64,000 nucleotides of DNA, taken from NCBI GenBank assembly GCA_028826165.1, contig JAPDFW010000103.1:620001-684000 (forward strand). Direction: 5' to 3'. The notes beneath the pieces were generated by a model, which was not told where the DNA came from, made no database searches, and saw nothing but the letters and a program-made list of their open reading frames with translations. Within the stretch, counting starts at the first letter, position 1. Each line of letters begins with the position of its first letter. The stretch is from Anaeramoeba ignava BMAN (taxonomy: Eukaryota > Protista > Anaeramoebae). Shown here one piece after another: positions 12,307-24,264 of the stretch. A program made the translations under genes and the position numbers.

Positions 12307-14079
12307 ATGAATGAAATTATATTTTTTGGTTATAATGAATATCCAATTCTTTTCGAAAATGAACCAAATAAAATAATAAAACCAATTCAATTTAAATTTG
12401 AAAATGAAAATGAAAATGAAAATGAAAAACAAATTAAACAAGCTTTATTAAGTGAATTTTCAACAATTTTCCTTTTTGAAAATGGAAAAGCGATAGAATA
12501 TTCAAATGATTCAAAACAAAATCCTTCAGAAATCCAAATTGAAAATATTCAAAAAGTAACTGTTGGACATCAAAATGCAGCTATTTTAACAATAGAAGGA
12601 AATGTATTTGCTAAAGGAAGAGATATTAATCCAAATAAACCAAAAGAATTTATCAATATTTCATCATTAATTGAAGATAAAAATGATAGAGTAATTGAAG
12701 ATGTTGTTGCTGGATATAGTTCAGTTTATTTATTAACTTCAAATCAAAATGTTTATGGAATTGGTTCAAATCTTTCTAATCAACTTGGTTTAGATTCTGA
12801 AACACTTAAAAAAACAGAAAAACCAATTTTAATGATGAAAAATGTTTCTAAAATATTTTCAGGATTTTCAACATTTGCTTTTCTTTTAAATTCAAATCAA
12901 GAATTATTTGGATGCGGATTTAATAAATTTGGTAGACTTGGATTAGAAACCAAAGAAACAAAAATCAAAAAATTAACCAAAATCCAAAATATTCCAAAAG
13001 GTAAAATAATTGATATTCAATGTGGATATTCACATTCAATAATGTTGATTGAAGATGAAGATGAAGATCAAAATCCAAAAAGAAAACTTTATTCATGTGG
13101 ATATTCTCAATATAATGGACTTGGCAAAAATGAGCATACTTATGAATTTACTGAAATCAAATCATCTTTATTTGGAAATGATAATATTATTCTTGATTTT
13201 TCTGTTGGAAGACAACATACTTTGATTTTAACAACTAAAGGAAAATTGATCGTATTTGGGAATAATGAATTTGGCCAATTAGGAACTGGAGATACAAAAT
13301 CTCAATCAATTCCAATTCAAATTGAACTTCCTAAATTAAGATTTAATGAAAATATTTCCAATTATCATGTTTCTTGTGGATTTAATAATTCATTTCTTTA
13401 TTATTCTCCTTTTCTTTCTTCTTTTTCCAATCTTGAAGAAGATTTGATAAAACTATTTAGAAGAAAAGAATTTTGTGATATTTCATTTAAAACAGAAAAT
13501 GGAGAAATAATCAAAGCTCATAAATTAATATTGAAATATAGATTAAATCAAAATCAAAATCAAAATCAAAATGAAAAACTTCAAGAAATTATTTCAAAAA
13601 AATCAATTAAAGAATCAAATCAAATATTTGAAATGATTTATTCAAACAATTCCAAAATAAATCCAATTTTATATTCAGAAATTAAAGAAATTATAAATTC
13701 CAATGAAAAAATTGAAGAAACAATGAAAAAAATTTATTTAAATGAAAATGAAAATGAAAAAGATTTTATAATTGAAAGAAAAGAAAAACAATATAAATTT
13801 CCAAAATTAATATTAATAATGAGAAGTGAATTATATCGAGGAATGTTTTTATCTGTAACAAATGATACTTCAAATAAAGTTACAGATTATAGTGAATTAA
13901 GTAATAAATCATTTCAAATATTTGAATATTGGATTTATTCAAATCAAATTAAAGATGAAATTGAAATTACACAAGAAATTATTAATGAACTTGATAGGGG
14001 AATTGATTATTTTCAATTAAATCAAACAAATCCAAATTTATTTGATTTATTAATTAAGAAATTTAATAATCAAAATTAA
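12307..14079 (+). CDS. RCC1-repeat + tandem BTB protein, copy 2 (intact, 590 aa)
   Basis: Uninterrupted ORF with RCC1 blades and BTB motifs; paralogous to 3366. Confidence 0.9.
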   Translation: MNEIIFFGYNEYPILFENEPNKIIKPIQFKFENENENENEKQIKQALLSEFSTIFLFENGKAIEYSNDSKQNPSEIQIENIQKVTVGHQNAAILTIEGNVFAKGRDINPNKPKEFINISSLIEDKNDRVIEDVVAGYSSVYLLTSNQNVYGIGSNLSNQLGLDSETLKKTEKPILMMKNVSKIFSGFSTFAFLLNSNQELFGCGFNKFGRLGLETKETKIKKLTKIQNIPKGKIIDIQCGYSHSIMLIEDEDEDQNPKRKLYSCGYSQYNGLGKNEHTYEFTEIKSSLFGNDNIILDFSVGRQHTLILTTKGKLIVFGNNEFGQLGTGDTKSQSIPIQIELPKLRFNENISNYHVSCGFNNSFLYYSPFLSSFSNLEEDLIKLFRRKEFCDISFKTENGEIIKAHKLILKYRLNQNQNQNQNEKLQEIISKKSIKESNQIFEMIYSNNSKINPILYSEIKEIINSNEKIEETMKKIYLNENENEKDFIIERKEKQYKFPKLILIMRSELYRGMFLSVTNDTSNKVTDYSELSNKSFQIFEYWIYSNQIKDEIEITQEIINELDRGIDYFQLNQTNPNLFDLLIKKFNNQN

Positions 14080-15187
14080 AATCAAAATTAAAATCAAAAT
14101 TAAAATCAAAATTAAAATCAAAATCAAAATTAAAATCAAAATCAAAATTAAAATTAAAATCAAAATTAAAATTAAAATCAAAATTAAAATCAAAATTAAA
14201 ATTAAAATCAAAATTAAAATTAAAATTAAAATTAAAATTAAAATTAAAATTAAAATCAAAATTAAAATTAAAATTAAAATTAAAATTAAAATCAATATTA
14301 AAATTAAAATTAAAATCAAAATTAAAATCAAAATCAAAATTAAAATCAAAATTAAAATCAAAATCAAAATTAAAATTAAAATTAAAATCAAAATTAAAAT
14401 TAAAATCAAAATTAAAATTAAAATTAAAATCAAAATCAAAATTAAAATTAAAATTAAAATTAAAATTAAAATTAAAATCAAAATCAAAATTAAAATTAAA
14501 ATTAAAATTAAAATTAAAATTAAAATCAAAATCAAAATTAAAATCAAAATCAAAATTAAAATCAAAATTAAAATTAAAATTAAAATTAAAATCAAAATTC
14601 AAAATTCAAAATTAAAATCAAAATTAAAATTAAAATTAAAATTAAAATTAAAATTAAAATCAAAATTCAAAATTAAAATCAAAATTAAAATCAAAATCAA
14701 AAATTAAAATTAAAATTAAAATTAAAATTAAAATTAAAATCAAAATCAAAATCAAAATTAAAATTAAAATTAAAAATCAATATTAAAATTAAAATTAAAA
14801 ATTAAAATTAAAATTAAAATCAAAATTAAAAATCAAAATTAAAATTAAAATTAAAAATCAAAAATTAAAATTAAAAATTAAAATTAAAATCAAAATCAAA
14901 ATTAAAATCAAAATCAATATCAAAATTTAAATTAAAATTAAAAATTAAAATTAAAATTAAAATTAAAATTAAAATTAAAATTAAAATTAAAATTAAAATC
15001 AAAATTAAAATCAAAATTAAAATTAAAATTAAAATTAAAATTAAAATTAAAATTAAAATCAAAATTAAAATTAAAATCAAAATCAAAATTAAAATAAAAA
15101 TTAAAATCAAAATTAAAATTAAAATTAAAATTAAAATCAAAATTAAAATTAAAATTAAAATTAAAATTAAAATTAAAATTAAAATTT
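14068..15187 (+). repeat. (AAAATT/AAAATC)n hexamer array, ~1.1 kb, starting within the RCC1-BTB stop codon
   Basis: Direct array; the ILIL/NFNF ORFs are artefacts. Confidence 0.95.
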
Positions 15188-15221
15188 AAAAAATCATTTT
15201 TTCATTTTTTTCATTTCAAAA

Positions 15222-16985
15222 ATGAATGATTGTTTATTTTTTGGTTCAAATAAATTACCAAAACTTATCAAAAATGAACCATATGAAATAACAAAACCAA
15301 TTCAATTTAAATTTGAAAATGAATTTGAATTTGAAAATGAAAAACAAATTAAACAAATTTCATCAGGAATATTTTCAACAATTTTCCTTTTTGAAAATGG
15401 AAAAGCAATAAAATATTTAAAAGATTCAAAACAAAATCCTTCAAAAATCCAAATTGAAAATATTCAAAAAGTAACTGTTGGTTATCGAAATGCAGCTATT
15501 TTAACATCAGAAGGAAATGTATTTGCAAAAGGAAGAAATATTAATCCAGATAATTCAAATAAATTTATCAATATTTCATCATTAATTGACGATACAAATG
15601 ATAGAATAATTGAAGATATTGTTTCTGGATATAGTTCAATTTACTTATTAACTTCAAATCAAAATGTTTATGGAATTGGTTCAAATCTTTCTAATCAACT
15701 TGGTTTAGATTCTGAAACACTTCCAAAAACAAAAAAACCAATTTTAATGATGAAAAATGTTTCTAAAATATTTTCAGGATTTTCAACATCTATTTTCCTT
15801 TTAAATTCAAATCAAGAATTATTTGGATGCGGATTTAATAGATATGGTAGACTTGGATTAGGAATCAAAGAAACAAAAATCCAAAAATTAACCAAAATCC
15901 AAAATATTCCAAAAGGTAAAATAATTGATATTCAATGTGGATATTCACATTCAATAATGTTGATTGAAAATGAAGATGAAAATCAAAATCCAAAAAGAAA
16001 ACTTTATTCATGTGGAAATTATCAATATAATGGACTTGGCAAAGATGGACATGTTTATGAATTTACTGAAATCAAATCATCTTTATTTGAAAATGATGAT
16101 ATTCTTGATTTTTCTGTTGGTGAATCTCATAATTTGATTTTAACTTCCAAATCAAAATTGATAGTATTTGGGAATAATGATTATGGTCAATTAGGAACTG
16201 GAAATACAAATAATCAATCAATTCCAATTCAAATTGAACTTCCTAAATTAAGATTTAAAGAAGAAATTTTCAATTATCATGTTTCTTGTGGATTTAATAA
16301 TTCATTTCTTTATTATTCTCCTTTTCTTTCTTCTTTTTCCAATATTGAAGAAGATTTGATAAAATTATTTGAAAGAAAAGAATTTTGTGATATTTCATTT
16401 AAAACCAAAAATGGAGAAATAATTGAAGCTCATAAATTAATATTGAAATATAGATTAAATCAAAATCAAAATGAAATTGAAAAACTTCAAGAAATTATTT
16501 CAAATAAATCAATTAAAGAATCAAATCAAATATTTGAAATGATTTATTCAAATAATTCCAAAATAAATCCAAAATTATATTCTGAAATTAAAGAAATTAT
16601 AAATTCAAATGAAAAAATTGAAGAAACAATGAAAAGAATTTATTTAAATGAAAATGAAAATGAAAAAGATTTTATAATTGAAAGAAAAGAAAAACAATAT
16701 AAATTTCCTAAATTAATATTAATAATGAGAAGTGAATTATATCGAGGAATGTTTTTATCTGTAACAAATGATACTTCAAATAAAGTTACAGATTATAGTG
16801 AATTAAGTAATAATTCATTTCAAATACTTGAATATTGGATTTATTCAAATCAAATTAAAGATGAAATTGAAATTACACAAGAAATTATTGATGAAATTCA
16901 AATTGGAATTGATTATTTTCAATTAAATCAAACAAATCCAAATTTATTTGATTTATTAATTAAGAAATTTAATAATCAAAATTAA
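15222..16985 (+). CDS. RCC1-repeat + tandem BTB protein, copy 3 (intact, 587 aa)
   Basis: Uninterrupted ORF, same architecture. Confidence 0.9.
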   Translation: MNDCLFFGSNKLPKLIKNEPYEITKPIQFKFENEFEFENEKQIKQISSGIFSTIFLFENGKAIKYLKDSKQNPSKIQIENIQKVTVGYRNAAILTSEGNVFAKGRNINPDNSNKFINISSLIDDTNDRIIEDIVSGYSSIYLLTSNQNVYGIGSNLSNQLGLDSETLPKTKKPILMMKNVSKIFSGFSTSIFLLNSNQELFGCGFNRYGRLGLGIKETKIQKLTKIQNIPKGKIIDIQCGYSHSIMLIENEDENQNPKRKLYSCGNYQYNGLGKDGHVYEFTEIKSSLFENDDILDFSVGESHNLILTSKSKLIVFGNNDYGQLGTGNTNNQSIPIQIELPKLRFKEEIFNYHVSCGFNNSFLYYSPFLSSFSNIEEDLIKLFERKEFCDISFKTKNGEIIEAHKLILKYRLNQNQNEIEKLQEIISNKSIKESNQIFEMIYSNNSKINPKLYSEIKEIINSNEKIEETMKRIYLNENENEKDFIIERKEKQYKFPKLILIMRSELYRGMFLSVTNDTSNKVTDYSELSNNSFQILEYWIYSNQIKDEIEITQEIIDEIQIGIDYFQLNQTNPNLFDLLIKKFNNQN

Positions 16986-17122
16986 AATTAAAATTAAAAT
17001 TAAAATTAAAATTAAAATTAAAATTAAAATTAAAATCAAAATTAAAATTAAAATCAAAATTAAAATTAAATTTAAAATTAAAATTTCAAAAAATCATTTT
17101 TTCATTTTTTTCTTTTTTAAAA

Positions 17123-18884
17123 ATGAATGATTGTTTATTTTTTGGTTCAAATAAATTACCAAAACTTATCAAAAATGAACCATATGAAATAACAAAACCA
17201 ATTCAATTTAAATTTGAAAATGAATTTGAATTTGAAAATGAAAAACAAATTAAACAAATTTCATCAGGAATATTTTCAACAATTTTCCTTTTTGAAAATG
17301 GAAAAGCAATAAAATATTTAAAAGATTCAAAACCAAATCCTTCAGAAATCCAAATTGAAAATATTCAAAAAGTAACTGTTGGTTATCGAAATGCAGCTAT
17401 TTTAACATCAGAAGGAAATGTATTTGCAAAAGGAAGAAATATTAATCCAGATAATTCAAATAAATTTATCAATATTTCACCATTAATTGAAGATACAAAT
17501 GATAGAATAATTGAAGATATTGTTTCTGGATATAGTTCAATTTACTTATTAACTTCAAATCAAAATGTTTATGGAATTGGTTCAAATCTTTCTAATCAAC
17601 TTGGTTTAGATTCTAAAACACTTAAAAAAACAGAAAAACCAATTTTAATGATGAAAAATGTTTCTAAAATATTTTCAGGAACTTCAACTTCAGCTTTTCT
17701 TTTAAATTCAAATCAAGAATTATTTGGATGCGGATTTAATAGATATGGTAGACTTGGATTAGAAACCAAAGAAACAAAAATCCAAAAATTAACCAAAATC
17801 CAAAATATTCCAAAAGGCAAAATAATTGATATTCAATCTGGATATTCACATTCAATAATGTTGATTGAAAATGAAGATGAAAATCAAAATCCAAAAAGAA
17901 AACTTTATTCATGTGGAAATTATCAATATAATGGACTTGGCAAAGATGGACATATTTATGAATTTACTGAAATCAAATCATCTTTATTTGAAAATGATGA
18001 TATTCTTGATTTTTCTGTTGGTGAATCTCATAATTTGATTTTAACTTCCAAATCAAAATTGATAGTATTTGGGAATAATGATTATGGTCAATTAGGAACT
18101 GGAAATACAAATAATCAATTAATTCCAATTCAAATTGAACTTCCTGAATTAAGATTTAATGAAGATATTTTCAATTATCATATTTCTTGTGGATTTAATT
18201 ATAGTTCATTTCTTTATTATTCTCCTTGTTCTTTTCTTCTTTTCCAATCTTGAAGAAGATTTGATAAAATTATTTGAAAGAAAAGAATTTTGTGATATTT
18301 CATTTAAAACAGAAAATGGAGAAATAATTGAAGCTCATAAATTAATATTGAAATATAGATTAAATCAAATTGAAAATCAAATTGAAAAACTTCAAGAAAT
18401 TATTTCAAAAAAATCAACTAAAGAATCGAATCAAATATTTGAAATGATTTATTCAAACAATTCCAAAATAAATCCAAAATTATATTCAGAAATTAAAGAA
18501 ATTATAAATTTAAATGAAAAAATTGAAGAAACAATGAAAAGAATTTATTTAAATGAAAATGAAAATGAAAAAGATTTTATAATCGAAAGAAAAGAAAAAC
18601 AATATAAATTTCCTAAATTAATATTAATAACGAGAAGTGAATTATATCGAGGAATGTTTTTATCTGTAACTGAAGATAAATCAAATAAAGTTACAGATTA
18701 TAGTGAATTAAGTAATAAATCATTTCAAATATTTGAATATTAGATTTATTCAAATCAAATTAAAGATGAAATTGAAATTACACAAGAAATAATTAATGAA
18801 ATTCAAATTGGAATTGATTATTTTCAATTAAATCAAACAAATCCAAATTTATTTGATTTATTAATTAACAAATTTAATAATTAA
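17123..18884 (+). pseudogene. RCC1-repeat + BTB, copy 4; frameshift near 18230 and TGG>TAG at 18741-18743
   Basis: 5' part near-identical to copy 3. The conserved FEYW codon reads TAG and homology continues to TAA at 18882-18884. Confidence 0.85.
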
Positions 18885-18900
18885 AATTAAAATGAAAATT

Positions 18901-19162
18901 AGAATAGATTTAATTTAATGTTTAATTAATAAATTAATTTAAAAATATAATTTAATATTTAATTTTATTATTAAAATAATAATTTATTGTTTTAGATTTA
19001 AATATTTTATTATTTAAATATTAAACATATAAATATAAAAAATAAGAATAGATTTAATTTAATATTTAATTTATAAATTAATTTAAAAATATAATTTATT
19101 ATTTAATTTTATGTTTAAAATAATAATTTATTGTTTTAGATTTAAATATTTTATTGTTTAAA
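18901..19162. repeat. Two diverged direct copies of a ~118-bp AT-rich unit (period ~144 bp)
   Basis: agaatagatttaatttaat...ttgttttagatttaaatattttatt begins at 18901 and again at 19045. Confidence 0.85.
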
Positions 19163-19555
19163 AATATTTTGAAAATTGATTTTTTTTAAATTAAAATTTT
19201 ATCTTTTTTTTTGAATTAAATTGAATTAATATTAATTTGGAAATTTGTTTTTAAAATTTAAATATATTAATAATTTTTAAATTCCAAAAAAAAAATTAAA
19301 TTAAAAATTAAATTAAAATAATTTTTCCTTTTTTTTTAATAAAAATTAATAAAAAATAATAATAATTTATTAATAAATTATTTTAAAATAATAAATTAAA
19401 AGAAAATTAAATTAATTATTAATTTAAATTTATTCTTATTTTTTATATTTTTATTTATTTTCAAAATCCACTTTTATTTTTTTAAATTTTTCATTTTTCC
19501 TTTTTCTTTTTAAACACAAAACAAAAACAAAAACAAAAACAAAAACAAAAACAAA

Positions 19556-21229
19556 ATGGATAATAATAATGATAATAATAACCAAAATGAAAATGCAAAT
19601 CAAAATGAAAATGAAAAATGAAATGAAAAATTTAGAAAAAAAGTAACAAAAAATTTAATTAAAGATTATTCAAACCTTTTAAATGGAAATTCATTTAAAG
19701 ATTTTTCAATTTTTGTTGAGAATAAATCAAATCCTTTTGAAATTAAAGTTCATAAATCAATTTTATCTTCAAGATCTCCTTTTTTTAATGAATCATTAAG
19801 GCAAGAATCTCTTTCTATTTCTTTAAATCAATTTAATAAAAAAGAAATGGAATCAATTTTGAGTTATATTTATTATGGAAATATTTCTTTTGAGAATCAA
19901 GAAAATCTTATTCAATTATTAGAAATTTCAATTTATTTTTAAATTAAATTTATTGAAAGAAATTATTCAAAAAAAAATTTCAAATTCAATTAATTATTCA
20001 AATTTTTTCCAATTTTTATTCCAAAATCGAAATTTAAATTCAAATGAAATTGAAATAAAATGTTTTGAATTAATAAATCAAAATTTTTCCCAAATTCAGA
20101 ATAATGAAAATTTATTCAATTTAACTAAAGAAGAAATTATCAAATTTATTCAATTTAAACAAGAAAAAAAAGAAATTTTTCAATTTGATTTTTTTCAATT
20201 TTTGGATAATTGGATTAAAAAAAGAAATAAGAAATTAAAATTAAAGAAATATGAACAGAAAATGAATTCAAAGAAAAGATTATTTCATTCTTTTTTTTCA
20301 TTATTTGATAAAGATTCAATTTCAAAACAAGATTTTGATAAATTAAAACAATTTGATATTTTTTCTTCCAAATTATTTTTAGTTGATATTCAAAACAAAA
20401 GTTATTCAAGATCAAATCAAAAGAAAATCAAACAAAAATCAAAGAAAAAGAAAAGAAAATTAAAAAAAGAGATAAAAGAATTAAATCATTTGAATTTGAA
20501 AACCAAAAGAAAGAAAAAGAAAATCAACAAATGAAAATTGAAATTGAAAAGAAATGGAAGAAAGAAGTTGAAGATAAAAACAAAGAAATTGAGAAAATGA
20601 AACCAGTTTTTAATGAATATGAAAAAGAATTTGAATTACAAAAGAAATTGGAACCAATCAAAAAGAATTTTCCTCAATTCTCAGAAACAAGAATTATTAC
20701 AGAAGAAGAATATGTTAAGAAATTACAAGAATGGATAAATGATAATGATTTTTTTTCTAAAATGAAAAAAGGATTTTCAGCAAAAAGAGATGGATTTAAT
20801 TCTAAAATTTGGCATAAAGCAGTTGATGGGAAAGGAAAAACATTAGTTATTATCAAAACAAAACAAAATTTTATTTTTGGAGGTTTTACTAAAGTTGGAT
20901 TTAAATATTCACAAAATGGAGAAAACAGTAATGATTCAAATGCATTTATTTTTTCATTAAGAAATGATAAAGGGGATAGAATACCTGCAAAGTTTACATA
21001 TAAACAAAATGGTCGTGCAATTTATTCTGATTTAAGTCGTGGTCCAATTTTTGGTGGTAGTTATCCTGATTTTTGGTTAGTTTCTAATTTACAACCTGGT
21101 TATTCAAATTTTGGTTATAGTTATAATCCACCTAATGGAATTACTTATGATACAAATGAAGCTAAAAGTTATTTAGCTGGTTCTTATAATAAATGGGTTG
21201 TTGATGAAGTTGAATCTTATTTCATTTAA
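19556..21229 (+). pseudogene. BTB (+ helical/coiled-coil) - TLDc protein with several homopolymer frameshifts
   Basis: ATG at 19556. BTB (FKDFSIF..IKVHKSILSSRSPFF..ILSYIYYG) read by hand at 19630-19940. TLDc motifs (GFSAKRDGF, KGKTLVIIKT, FIFGGFT, AFIFSL, GPIFG, YLAGS, EVE). Shifts near 19617, 19940 and 20400-20530. Confidence 0.75.
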
Positions 21230-21699
21230 AAATTAATTAATAATAAGAAAATCAAACTTTTTTTTTTAAATTTTTTTTTTCAAAATTTAATTCAATTTTA
21301 ATTTACTTTTAATCAAATTAATTTCTTTAAAATAATAAATAAGAAACAAATTTAATTTTAAATAATTTAATTTTAATTTAAAATATTTATTAAAAATTTA
21401 ATTAATAAAAAATAATCCAAAAAAAAAAATAATAAATTTTAAAAAATTGAATATTTTTAATATAATAAATAAAAATAAAAATTGAAAATAGAAATTAATA
21501 ATAATTAAATTTAAATTCATTAATTAAAATATTAAAATAAAAAAAAATCAAATAAAATTTATTATTAATTAATATTTAAATATTAATAAATTATAATCAA
21601 AATCAAAAATAGAATAATTAGTAAATTATTTTTTTAGAAAGTTTATCTTATTCAATCATGTTAAATTCAATTTATTTAAAATTTTTTAATTTTTTAATT

Positions 21700-22040
21700 T
21701 TATTTTTTAATATATTTTATTATAATTAAAATTGGAATAATAAATAATTAAAAATATTAATATAATAAATAAAAATATTATTTAAGATCAAATTAAAATA
21801 AAATAAATTTAAATTAAATTATTATTAATTATTATTAAAATTAAATATTTATCTTTATTAAAATATTTATTCCACTTTTTAATATATTTTATTATAATTA
21901 AAATTAGAATAATAAATAATCAAAAATATTAATATAATAAATAAAAATATTATATCAAATTAAAATAAAATAAATTTAAATTAAATTATTATTAAATTAT
22001 TATTAAAATTATAAATATTTATTTTTATTAAAATATTTCA
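21700..22040. repeat. Two diverged direct copies of a ~170-bp AT-rich unit
   Basis: tatattttattataattaaaatt(g/a)gaataataaataat...aaatattt at ~21711 and ~21884. Confidence 0.8.
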
Positions 22041-22054
22041 ATTTTCTTTTAAAT

Positions 22055-22475
22055 TTTATTAAATTATTGGGAATAGTTTTATATTATTTTAAATAAAGAA
22101 ATGCTAATAAAATATATAAAAATAGAATTAATTTTAAATTTAATTATTTAATATTCTTTATTTAAATTTTTGAAATAAATTAATTAAAATATTTTATTAA
22201 TTTTATTAAATTATTGAGAATAGTTTTTATATTATTTTAAATAAAGAAATATTAATAAAATATATAAAATATAATTAATTTTAAATTTAATTATTTAATA
22301 TTCTTTATTCCATTTTTGAAATAAATTAATTAAAAGGATTTTATTTATTTTATTAAATTATTGAGAATAATTTTATATTATTTTAAATAAAGAAATATTA
22401 ATAAAATATATAAAATATAATTAATTTTAAATTTAATTATTTAATATTCTTTATTCCATTTTTGAAATAAATTAA
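22055..22475. repeat. Three tandem ~147-bp AT-rich units abutting a truncated RCC1-BTB fragment
   Basis: ttttattaaattattg(g/a)gaata...aaataaagaaat...tttgaaataaattaat at ~22055, ~22201 and ~22348. Confidence 0.85.
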
Positions 22476-22800
22476 TGAAAAAGATTTTATAATTGAAAGA
22501 AAAGAAAAACAATATAAATTTCCAAAATTAATATTAATAATGAGAAGTGAATTATATCGAGGAATGTTTTTATCTGTAACTGAAGATACTTCTAATAAAG
22601 TTACAGATTATAGTGAATTAAGTAATAAATCATTTCAAATATTTGAATATTGGATTTATTCAAATCAAATCAAAAATGAAATTCAAATTACACAAGAAAT
22701 AATTAATGAACTTGATAGGGGAATTGATTATTTTCAATTAAATCAAACAAATCCAAATTTATTTGATTTATTAATTAAAAAATTTAATAATCAAAATTAA
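22474..22800 (+). pseudogene. 5'-truncated RCC1-BTB fragment (last BTB-like unit only)
   Basis: Begins abruptly at NEKDFIIERKEKQYKFPK and ends KKFNNQN*; no propeller upstream. Confidence 0.85.
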
Positions 22801-23034
22801 AATTAAAATTAAAATTAAAATCAAAATTAAAATCAAAATCAAAATTAAAATCAAAATTAAAATTAAAATTAAAATTAAAATCAAAATTTAATAATTAAAA
22901 TTAAAATTAAAATTAAAATTAAAATCAAAATTAAAATTAAAATTAAAATTAAAATCAAAATTAAAATTAAAATTAAAATTAAAATTAAAATTAAAATTAA
23001 AATTAAAATTAAAATTAAAATTAAAATTAAAATT
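22795..23034 (+). repeat. (AAAATT/AAAATC)n array
   Basis: Direct hexamer array between the fragment and the actin 3' end. Confidence 0.9.
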
Positions 23035-23047
23035 GTTTTTCAAATTT

Positions 23048-24209
23048 TCAAAAACATTTTCTATTAATAATATTAGAACCAAATTCATTATATTCTTCTT
23101 TTGAAATCCAAATATCTTTAAAATTTGAAAAAGAAGATAAAATAGATCCTCCAATCCAAGAAGAATATTTTCTTTCAGGAGAAGAAATAATTTTAATATC
23201 AATATCAAAATCAAAATCAAATAATTTATAAATTTCTTTTTGAATTCTATATTCAATTCCAGAAATCATTGTTGAACCTCCTGATAAAATAATATTTTGA
23301 TAAAGATATTTTTTCGTTTCATCATTACATTTCATAATTGAATCATAAATCATTTGATGAATTCCTTTTTCTTCTCTTTTAATCAAATATGGATTAAATA
23401 AAACTTCACAACATTTAAATCTTTCATTTGAAATTTGAATAATTTTTTTTTGAGGTAATTCATAATTTTTTTGAATTGAAGAAATTGATTGTTTTGAAAA
23501 TTCAATTTCTTCATCAAAATCATAAGCAACATAACAAAGTTTTTCTTTGATATCATTAATCAAATCATTTTCCCCACTTGTAAATAAATGATTTCCTTTT
23601 TCGTTCAAGATATTCTCTAAATATTCAGTTAAATCTTTTCCTGCTAAATTTTGTTTTATAATTGAATGATTTAAAGTAAACATTTCATAAATAGGAACAA
23701 CACTTGAAAAACCATCTCCAATTTCAACAACAATTCCACTTTTTATTCCTGATTGATAAAGTGATAAAACTGATTGATTTGCAAGATAAAAAGCAGGAAT
23801 ATTAAATGTTTCAAACATAATTTGAATTGTTTTTTCTCTGTTTAATTTTGGATTTAATGGAGGTTCAGTTAATAAAACAGGATATTCTTGAGGAACAATT
23901 TTTAATTGATTATAAAAAGTATGATTCCATATTTTTCAATATTATCCCAATTAGTTATTATTCCATTTTGAATTGGGTTTTCAATCCATAATATTTTCAT
24001 TTTTGCTTCTTCTCCAATATAAAATTTTTAAAATTTATTCCAATCCAAACATTTCTAGATCTTATTTTTCCTATTATTGTTTCAAATATTATTTTTGGTT
24101 TATTTTCTCTTGAAAAACCTGCTTTTTGTTAAATAAGATCCATTATCAATAATTATTGTTTTAAATTTTTCTGGATTTAAATTTAAATTTGAAAAAAATT
24201 AATTTCCAT
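23048..24209 (-). pseudogene. Divergent actin, 5' third broken by multiple frameshifts
   Basis: 3' ORF has MFETFNIPAFY, AGKDLTEYL, IKEKLCYVA, ILSGGSTM, PERKYSSWIGGSIL and RKCF*. Upstream IIIDNGS, AGFS, FYIGEEA, PIQNGIITNWD and PVLLTEPPLNPK occur in shifting frames. Confidence 0.85.
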
Positions 24210-24264
24210 TTTTAAAAATAAAAATTTTTCAATTTTTCATTTTTATTTCAAAAATTAAAAAGAA

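Noticed and set aside
14050-15140. Poly-(IL) and poly-(NF/DF) ORFs, likewise KLKL/NFNF ORFs at 22888, 24425-25003 and 36846-39008
   Set aside because: Artefacts of AAAATT arrays in introns and spacers.
18741-18743. TAG at a conserved Trp as evidence of stop-codon reassignment
   Set aside because: Single case in a copy that is also frameshifted; all paralogues have TGG and long ORFs read cleanly in the standard code.
22055-22475. Possible CRISPR-like array
   Set aside because: Units are contiguous ~147-bp tandem copies with no unique spacers; eukaryotic context and no cas genes.
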